Positions 19,240-31,954 of a DNA stretch of 64,000 bases are shown here, piece after piece; the stretch's first letter is position 1, and every line of letters starts with the position of its first letter. This stretch comes from Candidatus Bathyarchaeota archaeon (GTDB taxonomy: Archaea > Thermoproteota > Bathyarchaeia > Bathyarchaeales > Bathycorpusculaceae), in contig OY970176.1 of the NCBI GenBank assembly GCA_963707955.1, positions 96,001 to 160,000 on the forward strand, read 5' to 3'. Both the position numbers and the translations under genes were made by a program. The notes under the pieces are model-generated. The model was not told where the DNA came from and ran no database searches. It saw only the letters and a program-made list of their open reading frames with translations.

Positions 19240-20649
19240 TCATTTTTTGGTGAGCTCTGAAAGCTCTCTGATGTCATGTATCTCGATCAGGTTGCTAGAA
19301 TGCTGTTTGGACGTTCTGAAGGCTGCGGTGAAAAGAATTGTGTCTCGGTCGCGGATGATGCCCATTGAATGAAGCTTGTTTGCGGTCGCAAGAATGTGGT
19401 CTTTCTCTTTAACGTAGTTGATGTGCACAGGATAGACGCCGAAAGACAGTTCAAGTTGTCTCTTCACGCGGTTATCAGGTGTAACGGCGATTATTGGTTG
19501 TATGAGCTTGAATCTTGAGATCATTCGAGCTGTGTAGCCTGATCGGGTTAGTGTGACAACTTTGTCTATGGGCATTTCTTGGCATATCCTTTGAACGGCT
19601 TTGCTTATCGTGTCTGAGGTGTTGATGAACCCTTCGTCTTCGACGTGGCTTTCGATTGCCTTTTCAGTTTCGTTCGCAATTCTTGACATCATAGAGACAG
19701 ATTCTACAGGGTACTGCCCTACTGCTGTCTCTCCTGAAAGCATGGTTACTTCTGTTCCATCCAATATTGCGTTTGCGACGTCGCTGACTTCGGCTCTTGT
19801 TGGACTCGGCTGGTGTGTCATCGATTCAAGCATTTCTGTTGCAGTCACAACGGTCTTTCCTCTCTGATTGCATTTTCTTATTATTGATTTCTGGAGCTGC
19901 GGGACTTTTTCTGGTTCTATTTCAACGCCCAGGTCGCCTCTTGCCACCATGATTCCGTCTGCAGCGTCGAGGATCTGATTGAAGTTTTCGACACCTTCCG
20001 AATTTTCTATCTTGGCGATGACTGCGCCTTTGAACCCGTCGGCCTCTTTCTTCAGGGTGTTCACGTCCTGAGCATTTCTTGTGAATGAAAGGGCTATAAA
20101 CTCAACATCACTCTCCTTTGCGAGATCTATTATTTTCAGGTCTTTGCTGGAGAGGGTTGGAACTGTCAGTTTCTTGTTCGGGATGTTGACTCCTTTTCCG
20201 TCGTCTATTTCACCGCTCGTTGTCGCAAGCAGTTTCAGGGTATCTTTCCGTTTTTCTTTGACTGTGGTTCTCAGCCTGCCGTTGTCGATAAGAACAGTGT
20301 CTCCGACATGCATTTCTTCATAGATGTTGTTATTGAAGCCTATTTTTTCGTTTCTGCCTACGTCAAGAGTGTCGCCTTTGTTGACAGTTTTTCTGCCCAT
20401 TGCTTTGAGCCTTATTTCAGGGCCCTTCACGTCGATGATTATTGGAATGTCTGCTACTTCTCGAAGACTGCTAATCATGATCCTGTACTGATCAAGCGTC
20501 CCATAAGCAGTGTTTATTCTGGCACCGTTCATACCTGAACGGTACATTTTTCTAAGCGTGTTTCTGGAAATGCTAGCTGGACCGATCGTGCAGATGATCT
20601 TGGTTTTCTTCACCCACTCATACTCCAATGCCATTTCAAAAGGCGCCAC
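19240..20649 (-). CDS. pyk: Pyruvate kinase
   Basis: TKIICTIGP, DVKGPEIR, IAKIEN, MVARGDLGVE, PTRAEVSDVANA, MLSGETA. Confidence 0.96.
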   Translation of the reverse strand: MAPFEMALEYEWVKKTKIICTIGPASISRNTLRKMYRSGMNGARINTAYGTLDQYRIMISSLREVADIPIIIDVKGPEIRLKAMGRKTVNKGDTLDVGRNEKIGFNNNIYEEMHVGDTVLIDNGRLRTTVKEKRKDTLKLLATTSGEIDDGKGVNIPNKKLTVPTLSSKDLKIIDLAKESDVEFIALSFTRNAQDVNTLKKEADGFKGAVIAKIENSEGVENFNQILDAADGIMVARGDLGVEIEPEKVPQLQKSIIRKCNQRGKTVVTATEMLESMTHQPSPTRAEVSDVANAILDGTEVTMLSGETAVGQYPVESVSMMSRIANETEKAIESHVEDEGFINTSDTISKAVQRICQEMPIDKVVTLTRSGYTARMISRFKLIQPIIAVTPDNRVKRQLELSFGVYPVHINYVKEKDHILATANKLHSMGIIRDRDTILFTAAFRTSKQHSSNLIEIHDIRELSELTKK

Positions 20650-20719
20650 TTGGAGTTCACAGTGAAGAAAAGTGATAAGTCCTATTAGAAGATTACACTA
20701 GTGTATATGGAGGATTTTC

Positions 20720-21409
20720 ATGATCTGCAATCTGTTTGTCTTTAGGCATGCTGAAACAACTGATAACAGCCGTGGAATATTCTCAGGTTGGCGAGACTCA
20801 GAACTTACCTTGAAAGGACTCTCGCAAGCACAGGAGATTGCAGAGCAACTAAGGCGAGAGAAAATTGACTATGCGTTCACCTCACATCTTAAGAGAGCTC
20901 GAAAAACTCTTGAAATAGTCCTTGAAAAGCATCCTGCTATCCCTGTTTTTACGGATGACGGGCTCATCGAACGTTGCTACGGCTTGCTTCAGGGCAAAAG
21001 CAAGAGAAGGGTTGCTGAGGAAAGGCCTGAATGGTTCGCTCAAATTCACAGGGGCTATGATTTTCCGCCGCCAGAGGGAGAAAGTTTAAAGATGGTTGAA
21101 AATCGAACGTTGCCCTTCTTGTTGCAGCTTCAAGAATGGCTCCGACAGAACCCGGCTAACGTGGCAATCTCGTGCCATGGTAACTCTCTGCGCCCAATTC
21201 GTCGAGTCTTCGAGCATCTGAGCTTAAAACAGATGCTTCAGATTGAGAATCCCCAAGATCGTGCAATGTCTTATGCCCTTCATGTTCACAGTGTTAATAT
21301 TGGAGGCCCTAGAAGAAACACCGTTAAAGCGGACTGGCAAGGCATACTGGTTCCTCAGCAAGTAAGATTGGCAACAGATCAGCGAAACCCATTGAAGAGA
21401 TATTACTAG
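20720..21409 (+). CDS. Histidine phosphatase family, cofactor-dependent phosphoglycerate mutase-like
   Basis: RHAE, FSGWRD, ERCYGLLQG, PPPEGESL, HGNSLR; divergent from pyk. Confidence 0.88.
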   Translation: MICNLFVFRHAETTDNSRGIFSGWRDSELTLKGLSQAQEIAEQLRREKIDYAFTSHLKRARKTLEIVLEKHPAIPVFTDDGLIERCYGLLQGKSKRRVAEERPEWFAQIHRGYDFPPPEGESLKMVENRTLPFLLQLQEWLRQNPANVAISCHGNSLRPIRRVFEHLSLKQMLQIENPQDRAMSYALHVHSVNIGGPRRNTVKADWQGILVPQQVRLATDQRNPLKRYY

Positions 21410-21580
21410 TTCCCAATAATGCTGCGCCGGAAGATCACTAGTGCACCTTGGCGCTTGCAATACAAAATTAGCGCGCTATCTTGTCTCTTCATTATGAAGA
21501 ATGTTGGTGAGATGGTTTGTCGGATAACTTCGGAAAGTTTAATTTGCTTGAGAAGATTAACAAGTTTAACGTGTTGAGAA

Positions 21581-21721
21581 ATGATGAAACCGAGAGAAGA
21601 AGAACAGATATGTGAGCGATGCGGTTATCCCATCGATGACTACAAATGTGTTTGCCCATACTGCGGTAAATCTTTTGGTTGCGATTGCTGCATAGGCCCT
21701 GACGCGGTAACTGGCGGTTAG
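21581..21721 (+). CDS. 46-aa cysteine-rich micro-protein (not in the ORF track)
   Basis: MMKPREEEQICERCGYPIDDYKCVCPYCGKSFGCDCCIGPDAVTGG: CxxCG, CPYCG, CDCC. Confidence 0.75.
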   Translation: MMKPREEEQICERCGYPIDDYKCVCPYCGKSFGCDCCIGPDAVTGG

Positions 21722-21757
21722 AAGCCGAAGCTTTATCCTGAGATATTTGTTTGGTGA

Positions 21758-24641
<2,884 letters not shown>

Positions 24642-24849
24642 GAGCAACTAAGAACTGGCATCTCATTCTCGTCCCTTTTTTGTTGCCAACTGCAAAATAG
24701 GAACAACTTGCTATTAGACTATCCGTCTGCCGTCAACAAAATGTCGTTCAGTCATGCAGTCGGCTGCGTAACGCGCGCGCTAATTCTGACGCAAAACTGG
24801 AGTTTCGTTCCTTCTAAGTAACCCGATGCTTCGGACAGAAATGCGCAGA

Positions 24850-25488
24850 CTATTTGATCTTGAGAGGTCTGCAATAGAACTGGTTGAAGCCCGCAAGCAG
24901 AGAGGAACCGCTCTTGAGGCCCGTGTAACAGTGTTCTTCGATCGTTAAATCATCGATCATGCGGTGTTTCTGGTAGGATTCTTGACTTTTCCATCCCATG
25001 AATCCCACGAACTCAGCAGGGTTGTAGTAATTGTAGAAAGTGCGGCAGAATCCCAGTCCTCCAACCGAACGCAGATCCTTTAACAGTTCACGTACCATTT
25101 TGTTCCAGGGGACCAGTTTTTTCATGGCCACTAATCCATGGCAGATTACAACCATTTCAGGCGGGTTTTCACTAGGCTTGGCGTAGGAGACTTCATCAAT
25201 TTCCCTGCAGAAGATTTCAAAGTACAGTCCTGGCTGAAAGTAGGCTGCGCCAATCCTGTCGTCTCTTCTCACCTTCATAATGCCTTGAGCAGCATCGTTG
25301 TGAGCTTTCTCCACTGTCCACTTGGTGTTACTCCAGATGATGTGCGGCTGCTGGATGCACTGGTAAAAATCTCTCTCCAGCACGCCTATTTCTCGGGTGA
25401 ACCTCTTCTCGGCTTCACGAAAACCATTGACCTGCTTCTCAAGTTCACCCTCGGGTACAATCGCAGTGCAAATAGTAAACATGGGCAT
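24850..25488 (-). CDS. Hypothetical protein, probably tandem ABM-like (dimeric alpha-beta barrel) domains
   Basis: Two repeats ending W-x4-A/S-H/Y (KWTVEKAH, GWKSQESYQKH). Confidence 0.55.
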   Translation of the reverse strand: MPMFTICTAIVPEGELEKQVNGFREAEKRFTREIGVLERDFYQCIQQPHIIWSNTKWTVEKAHNDAAQGIMKVRRDDRIGAAYFQPGLYFEIFCREIDEVSYAKPSENPPEMVVICHGLVAMKKLVPWNKMVRELLKDLRSVGGLGFCRTFYNYYNPAEFVGFMGWKSQESYQKHRMIDDLTIEEHCYTGLKSGSSLLAGFNQFYCRPLKIK

Positions 25489-25827
25489 ACCTTTCCCACC
25501 AAACGTTTTTCAGTATTAGCGATTCATGCAAGATAAGAATTTTGCGTTCTTCCTCTGTGAAGATGCAAAGAATTTAGATCTTGTAAGAGTCTCTTCTGCC
25601 CATCTATGGGGCTTTCGTCAGGAAAACTGGTGAGCGCTGCCAGTCACTCTATGTCGTTTTGGATGAGGATTTCCATGATTTCTTGAAGGCTACGACCGAA
25701 ACATCGGGTCTTCCAGTTTCATGAAGATTAAGTGCTTTCATTTGTGACGTTGGCCTGGTTCACAGGCTAATTCTTATATTACTTTCTGCGTGAATACGTT
25801 TTCAAAGACTTTGAACAGGTCTGTCAG

Positions 25828-26994
25828 ATGGCATCTAATGGTTCTAGAAGAGTTGGGTTGATAAAGCCTTCAGCAATCCGTAGAATGCTCGAGCTTTCAG
25901 CAAGAGTAAAGAATGTGATTCATCTGGAGCAGGGTGAACCGGATTTCGTAACTCCAGGGCACATATTGGATGCGGCTGTTCAGGCGGCCAAGAAGGGTTT
26001 CACGCATTACACGGAAATTGACGGAACAATGGAGCTGCGTGAAGCCATAGCTGAAAAACTTGCGAGGGAGAACGGTATCGACGTTGACCCGCAAACAGAG
26101 GTCACGGTGACTGCTGGCTCTCAAGAAGCCATGTTTATCACTGCCCTCGGTTTTCTAAACGCTGGTGATGAAGCCCTAATCCTCGACCCCTACTATCCAG
26201 CGTATTTTGAGGACACTCTCCTAGCAGAAGCCTTGCCGGTTTCCGTGCAGCTTGATGAAAAGAAGGACTATGCAATAGACGTTAGACTCTTGGAAAACCA
26301 GCTGACAAAGAAAACTAGAATGATCTGGATGTGCAATCCTTCGAACCCAACGGGACACGTGTTCTCAGGACAGGACCTCGAAATCATAGCTGAATTCGCC
26401 AAACAGCATGATTTGATCGTCTTCTCTGACGAAATATACGAGAAGATCATCTACGATGATGCGAAACACATCAGCATAGGCTCGTTGCCAAGCATGGAAG
26501 ACAGAACGATAACAGTGAATGGTTTTTCAAAAGCATATGCTATGACAGGCTGGCGAATCGGATACGTAGCGGCTGAAGAGGGGCTGTCTGCCACCCTGCG
26601 CAAACTGCACTATTACGCAACGCTGTGTCCAAACGCACTCTCGCAAAAGGCAGCCTTTGCTGCACTAGCAGGTCCTCAAGACTGCGTTCAAAGAATGGTT
26701 GAAGAGTACGACAGAAGAAGAAGATGCGTGCTCAATGAACTCGACAAAGTTAAGGCCGTATCGTGCAGTCGACCGAAAGGGGCATTCTATGTTTTTCCAG
26801 ACTTTTCAAGCTTCGAAGAGTCTGATGAGGCGCTTGCCTCGTATCTGTTGAAGGACGCTGGGGTGGCGACTGCACCGGGTTCGGGTTTCGGGAAAGCAGG
26901 AGAGGGTCATCTGAGAATATCCTACTCAGTCTCCTATGAGCAAGCCAAAAAGGGAATAAAAAGCATCAGAGAAAGCTTAGAACGTAAAATGTGA
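25828..26994 (+). CDS. PLP-dependent aminotransferase class I/II
   Basis: GEPDF, NPSNPTG, DEIY, SKAYAMTGWRIG. Confidence 0.95.
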   Translation: MASNGSRRVGLIKPSAIRRMLELSARVKNVIHLEQGEPDFVTPGHILDAAVQAAKKGFTHYTEIDGTMELREAIAEKLARENGIDVDPQTEVTVTAGSQEAMFITALGFLNAGDEALILDPYYPAYFEDTLLAEALPVSVQLDEKKDYAIDVRLLENQLTKKTRMIWMCNPSNPTGHVFSGQDLEIIAEFAKQHDLIVFSDEIYEKIIYDDAKHISIGSLPSMEDRTITVNGFSKAYAMTGWRIGYVAAEEGLSATLRKLHYYATLCPNALSQKAAFAALAGPQDCVQRMVEEYDRRRRCVLNELDKVKAVSCSRPKGAFYVFPDFSSFEESDEALASYLLKDAGVATAPGSGFGKAGEGHLRISYSVSYEQAKKGIKSIRESLERKM

Positions 26995-27389
26995 CCTGCA
27001 CACGCTTATTGGTGTGTATCGTACGCTTGTGGTTAAGACAGTCCATAGAATTCTGGTAGCCACCGATTTTTTAGCGCGCATGCTTGTTCCTAAATTGCGT
27101 TCAAGAGGCGGGTATAGCGTTTTCCGATGGGGGATTGTTACTGTCACGGTTCGAGCTGGGTGGTCTCGTGCTTACACCCTCCCCCCCGGGTATCGTATAT
27201 GGTCCAAATATGTTTGAAGAGTAAAATGAGTAGCGCAAGCTGCTTCCCGAAAGAATTCAGGAACACGCTAGCGCGCTACTCAGAATATGCGGCTGAAGGG
27301 AAAGAACCAAAGAGTTGGTTGAAAAGCATCCGCCAGACGGGTAGACAGAACGTGCGCTTATTAGTAGAAAAGTCTATTTCGTTATTGTC

Positions 27390-28295
27390 ATGTCGTCGGC
27401 CGATGTCGCAGTAAAAGTGTTTCGTGAACTGGAAAGCGAAGACCTTCGAGTGTTGCAGGCCATAGAAACTGCGATGAGTCAACACGAGTTCGCTCCGAAA
27501 GAGCAGATCGCAAAGTTCACAAGGTATGACTTGGCCCGAGACACAGACTTCAGGCTAACTCGAGTCCACAAGTTGGGCCTAATTTATCAGAAGCGCGGCG
27601 CCTACGTCGGCTACACCCTGAATTACGCCGGATACGATTGCTTATCGATAAACGCCTTAGTCAAAGCCGGAGTGCTTGAGGCGTTTGGCAAGCCGTTGGG
27701 CGTAGGCAAAGAAACCGATGTCTATGATGCTTTGGACCCTAAAGGCAAGCGAATCGCCGTCAAGTTTCATAGACTGGGAAGGATCAGTTTTCGACAGACA
27801 ACACGCAAAAGAAGCTACACGACCGAGCGTAGTGCAGGATGGCTTTATGAGTCACGACTCGCGGCGGAAAGGGAATTCCAGGCTCTTAAGCTTCTTTTTC
27901 CTTGTGGAGTAGCTGTGCCGGAGCCGTTGAATCAAAATCGTCACGTCGTAGTCATGGGGATGATTGAGGGTGCAGAACTCGGTAATTGGAAAAGGTTGGC
28001 CAGGCCCGATAGAATTCTTCGAGAAATTCTGCGCAATGTTCGGAAAGCCTTCTTGAAGGCAGGCGTTATTCATGCTGACCTGAGCGAGTACAACATCATC
28101 GTGAAACCTGATAAGCACATCTTGATAATTGATTGGCCACAGTACGTTAAGAGGGATCACCCTAACGCTGAAGAGTTGCTGAAACGCGATGTCCAGAACG
28201 TTCTGCAGTATTTTGAACGCAAGCATCGGCTAAGTGTAAAAATTCAAGAATGCTTGAATTATGTTACTGGAGAGAGTAGGACCATTATCTTATAG
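27390..28295 (+). CDS. rio2: RIO2 serine/threonine kinase
   Basis: N-terminal wHTH with GYD, GVGKE, KFHRLGR, HADLSEYN, IDWPQ. Confidence 0.93.
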   Translation: MSSADVAVKVFRELESEDLRVLQAIETAMSQHEFAPKEQIAKFTRYDLARDTDFRLTRVHKLGLIYQKRGAYVGYTLNYAGYDCLSINALVKAGVLEAFGKPLGVGKETDVYDALDPKGKRIAVKFHRLGRISFRQTTRKRSYTTERSAGWLYESRLAAEREFQALKLLFPCGVAVPEPLNQNRHVVVMGMIEGAELGNWKRLARPDRILREILRNVRKAFLKAGVIHADLSEYNIIVKPDKHILIIDWPQYVKRDHPNAEELLKRDVQNVLQYFERKHRLSVKIQECLNYVTGESRTIIL

Positions 28296-28524
28296 GAATG
28301 TCAAGCATTATGTAGAGAACGTTGTTGCCGCGCAACAGGACGTTTCCGTAGTTCGTGATCAGCTGGTCGTCCTTGGACTCGGTGGCCCCTTCCAACAGAA
28401 TGTTCATGTGGCCATCGCACTTGATCATCTTGCCCTTGTACTCGCCGCCGTTCTTCAGCACGACTGCGATTTCTGCGTTCAGCTGCTTGATGAGGACGTT
28501 TAGCGGTTTCTTGCTGGGTTCCAT
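28285..28524 (-). CDS. Sm-like archaeal protein (LSm)
   Basis: VVLKNG..YKG...DGHMNILL (Sm1), LLRGNNV (Sm2). Confidence 0.93.
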   Translation of the reverse strand: MEPSKKPLNVLIKQLNAEIAVVLKNGGEYKGKMIKCDGHMNILLEGATESKDDQLITNYGNVLLRGNNVLYIMLDIPIR

Positions 28525-28777
28525 TTGAGCACCTTGGTCTCTGAACGTGATCACACATAAGCTCAAGTCATCACGTATAAAAGCCTTATGAAAGGCAACC
28601 TCGCAACCGCAAGACGCGAAACTGTTTCGAACAGAGTTGAAGCGGTGCTGCATAAATCAGAAATGACCCTCACGTGCCATCGACCTTTTCACTGTCCATT
28701 CGCGATCGTAAGCCACAGGAAAATCCGGTTTTCTGTAGAATAAAGACTTAAGTGACTTTCCACATGGTAGGAAATGA

Positions 28778-29722
28778 TTGAAAATGAAGATAGTCGTCTT
28801 AGACCATGTTTACCTGGAAGAGAAGCACGTCAAAAGACTGCGGTCGCTCGGCGACTTGAAAGTTTTTGAAGAGCCGCCTAAGACTAGTGAAGAATTGAAG
28901 GAGAGAATAAGAGAAGCAGAGGTGGTCATAGTTGGGTGGAGCAACCTGACCAGAAGTGTCATGGATTCGGCTGAGAGACTGCGAATGATTTCGATATGGG
29001 CCACGACTTGCCACTACGCTGACCTTGAAGCGGCAAGAGAAAGAGGAATCGTGGTGACTCATGTTCCAGGCTACGCTACGGAAGCCGTCGCGGAGTATAC
29101 CTTCGCTTTGCTGTTGGCGGCGGTCAGAAGACTGACGCTAGCAGATAAGCATGTCAGAGAGGGAAAATTCGACTGGAGTCCCTTCGCAGGCAGCGAATTA
29201 GCTGGGAAGACTCTCGGAGTGGTCGGCACGGGAGCTATCGGTTGCCGAGTGGCTGAGATAGGCCGCGCCTTAAGAATGCACGTGCTGGGCTTTGACAAGT
29301 ATCCTAATCTCAAGAGAGCAAAAGAGGTTGGTATGAGCTATGCTGATCTGAAGACGTTGCTGAGAGAGAGCGATGTGGTAACTTTGCATGTTACTTTGAC
29401 GTCGGAAACGGAGAAGCTATTGGGAAAAAAGGAGATCGCAACCATGAAAGATGGAGCGGTGATTATTAACACGTCCCAGGGAAGGGTGATAGATCAGGAG
29501 GCTCTGGTTGAAGCGTTGAGGTCAGGAAAACTGTCCTACGCAGGATTGGACGTCTTTGAGGATGAACCGCCAGCCAAGAACAATCCTCTTTTCAAGCTTG
29601 GCAACACTGTGCTTTCTCCGCACATCGGTTTCAACACTGTCGAAGCAGAGGCAAGATGCACGGACATCTGTGTCGACAACGTTGCAAAGTTTCTTGAAGG
29701 AAAACCGCAAAACGTTTGCTGA
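28778..29722 (+). CDS. D-isomer-specific 2-hydroxyacid dehydrogenase
   Basis: GVVGTGAIG, INTSQG, LDVFEDEP, SPHIG. Confidence 0.93.
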   Translation: MKMKIVVLDHVYLEEKHVKRLRSLGDLKVFEEPPKTSEELKERIREAEVVIVGWSNLTRSVMDSAERLRMISIWATTCHYADLEAARERGIVVTHVPGYATEAVAEYTFALLLAAVRRLTLADKHVREGKFDWSPFAGSELAGKTLGVVGTGAIGCRVAEIGRALRMHVLGFDKYPNLKRAKEVGMSYADLKTLLRESDVVTLHVTLTSETEKLLGKKEIATMKDGAVIINTSQGRVIDQEALVEALRSGKLSYAGLDVFEDEPPAKNNPLFKLGNTVLSPHIGFNTVEAEARCTDICVDNVAKFLEGKPQNVC

Positions 29723-29753
29723 GAGGCATGAGCTTGTTTCAAGGTGAGTTAAC

Positions 29754-30962
29754 ATGCGTCTGACCAAAGAAGAAGAGCAAATGCTCAACGGAGAATGGGG
29801 TGCAGGAACGCAGAAAGCGATGGAGTTGCTCTTGGCAATAGGAGAAGCGTATGACGCGGAAAGGATGATTCCTGTGAGTCGTGCGCACGCTGCTTCAAGC
29901 GGCCAAGAGGGAGACTTGTACTTCGTGGAGCTCTTGGCTGATGGAGGCGCAAGATGCCGAGTGCCGACCAGCACGAACCCGGTTTATGACATAGGTTATT
30001 TTCACGGTTTTTTTGACAACATTCCGAGAGACGAGGCTGAAGTAGCTCGGAGAGTGATGGAAGCCTACAAACGAGTGGGCGCCATGCTGACCTGGAGCTG
30101 CGTGCCCTACATGTCAGAAAACATACCGTTGTACGGTGAGACCGTCGCCTTTTCGGAATCGAGCGCCACGCCGTACGTGAATTCCGTCATCGGCGCAAAG
30201 ACGAATCGCGAAGCAGCTCAGAGCGCGCTGGCCGCCGGAGTGATCGGCAAAACTCCTGAATACGGCCTGCACATCAAAGAAAATCGCAGAGGCACGGTTC
30301 TCATCGACGTCGAAGCTTCCCTGAAAGACGAGTTTGATTACAGTCTGCTAGGCTACTGCGTTGGCAAGGCCGTGGGCTATGGAATCCCAGTGCTGACTGG
30401 AATAGCTAGACGTCCGAGTACGGAGGAATTGATAAACTTCTGTGCGATGTCCAACACGTCCGGTGCCATATCCATGTTTTACATGCCCGGACTCACGGTG
30501 CAGGCCTCAACGGTTCAGGAAACCTTCCAAGGCGACGTTCCAGAGGAAAAGATCGTTGTTACGGACAAGGAGCTTAAGATGGTCATTGAAGAACTTCAAA
30601 CGGCGAGTGGAAGAATCGATTTCGTTCAGCTTGGATGTCCCCATTACACTCTTAAACAGGTTGGGGAGGTCGCAGAGCTCTTGAGCGGAAAAAAGGTGCA
30701 CAAAGACGTGTCTTTCTGGGTCTGCACGTCGGCGACAACGAAAATGCTGGCCGACAGGGTCGGCTACACACGCGCGATAGAGGAAGCTGGTGGGCACGTT
30801 GTGGTTGACACGTGCATAGACGAGCCTTGCTGGGTCACGTACAAAGACAAAGTGGGCGTGACGGACTCGCCTAAGTGCGCCTACTATCGTAGATTCAAGG
30901 ACGTCAAGGTGATGAGGCTTCGTGACTGCATTGACGCTGCGGTCGAGGGCAGGTCGAGATGA
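29754..30962 (+). CDS. Aconitase X catalytic (large) subunit, DUF521
   Basis: SCVPY, FSESSA...NSVIGAKTNRE, GCPH, DTC, TDSPK. Confidence 0.9.
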   Translation: MRLTKEEEQMLNGEWGAGTQKAMELLLAIGEAYDAERMIPVSRAHAASSGQEGDLYFVELLADGGARCRVPTSTNPVYDIGYFHGFFDNIPRDEAEVARRVMEAYKRVGAMLTWSCVPYMSENIPLYGETVAFSESSATPYVNSVIGAKTNREAAQSALAAGVIGKTPEYGLHIKENRRGTVLIDVEASLKDEFDYSLLGYCVGKAVGYGIPVLTGIARRPSTEELINFCAMSNTSGAISMFYMPGLTVQASTVQETFQGDVPEEKIVVTDKELKMVIEELQTASGRIDFVQLGCPHYTLKQVGEVAELLSGKKVHKDVSFWVCTSATTKMLADRVGYTRAIEEAGGHVVVDTCIDEPCWVTYKDKVGVTDSPKCAYYRRFKDVKVMRLRDCIDAAVEGRSR

Positions 30963-31384
30963 GAAGCTTGGAGACGTTATTGAAGTGTCACAGGATCATA
31001 GGAGGACGCGGAGAGGGTGAGGCTCTGGTGTCTCATGAGCCGATCTGCTTCTACCTTACGGACCCTAAGACCGGAGTCGTCAGGGAGAAAACGCATGAGC
31101 TGGCCGGGATGAACATTGCGAACAAGGTGCTCGTATTTCCGTCGGGCAAGGCCAGCTCCGTGGTTCAGATAGACGGTTTGTTCAAGCTGGCGTCACACGG
31201 CCTTGCTCCGAGGGCGATGATTGTCAAGGATGTTGAAACGGTGCTCATCGTGAGTGCATTCATAGCAAAAGTGCCTCTTGTAGACAGGTTGGAAAAGAAT
31301 CCGTTCGAGACTATTCACAATGGCGACTTTGTCACGGTAGACGCGGACAAAGGAATTGTTACGGTGGCAAGCCGAAGAGGTTAA
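30959..31384 (+). CDS. Aconitase X swivel (small) subunit, DUF126
   Basis: GEGEALVS, DPKTG, KVLVFP.GKASS; ATGA overlap with large subunit. Confidence 0.9.
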   Translation: MRSLETLLKCHRIIGGRGEGEALVSHEPICFYLTDPKTGVVREKTHELAGMNIANKVLVFPSGKASSVVQIDGLFKLASHGLAPRAMIVKDVETVLIVSAFIAKVPLVDRLEKNPFETIHNGDFVTVDADKGIVTVASRRG

Positions 31385-31954
31385 CATTCCTCAGTTCGCG
31401 TTTTCACTCTTCTAAGACGCTTACGTTTTATTGCACCTGGTTGTTCCGAAATTGAAGAGGACGGCCGTTTTTGTGGAAAAAAAATAATTTTTTTTGAGCG
31501 TTCAGGCTTGCGCAGAGTGCTGTTTGAACAGCGTCTCATGGAACCGTCTTGAGACCTCAGAGCTAGTCTTGCTTGCAAGTCCTTTTCGAGTGGCACTGGA
31601 ATTTAGAGAAAATCATGCGCACAAGAGAATGGAAATTTCTTCTGGAATTTGTTGACAAAATTTTTATTCAAGGCTTAGGTCTCAAGCGCGCTTTTGTTCT
31701 CTTTTAGTTACTCAACAAGACTAGAAAGCATCGTGTCCAGAAGGTCTATTTCCTCAGAAGGTTCTCCCTTGACTTTGCTTTTCTTCATGTTTTCCACCTT
31801 TAGCAAGATAGCCCTGCTCAGATAATCAATTCATGATTATCGTGCGTGCGCTAGGTGCCATGTACTTTGATCGAACAGAATCCTCAAGCATGAAATTTTT
31901 AAATGTTGTTTGAGTGTACTCTTACCCAGAAACCAGGTCAAACAAGTGGCACTT

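Noticed and set aside
25575-25725. Possible degraded minus-strand coding fragment
   Set aside because: Stops in the plausible frames and no family recognised
27170-27200. C-tract followed by GGGTAT resembling a CsoR/RcnR operator
   Set aside because: Symmetry is poor and no metal-efflux gene is adjacent
31708-31788. 26-codon minus-strand ORF MKKSKVKGEPSEEIDLLDTMLSSLVE
   Set aside because: Looks like a truncated small-protein remnant but is too short to support
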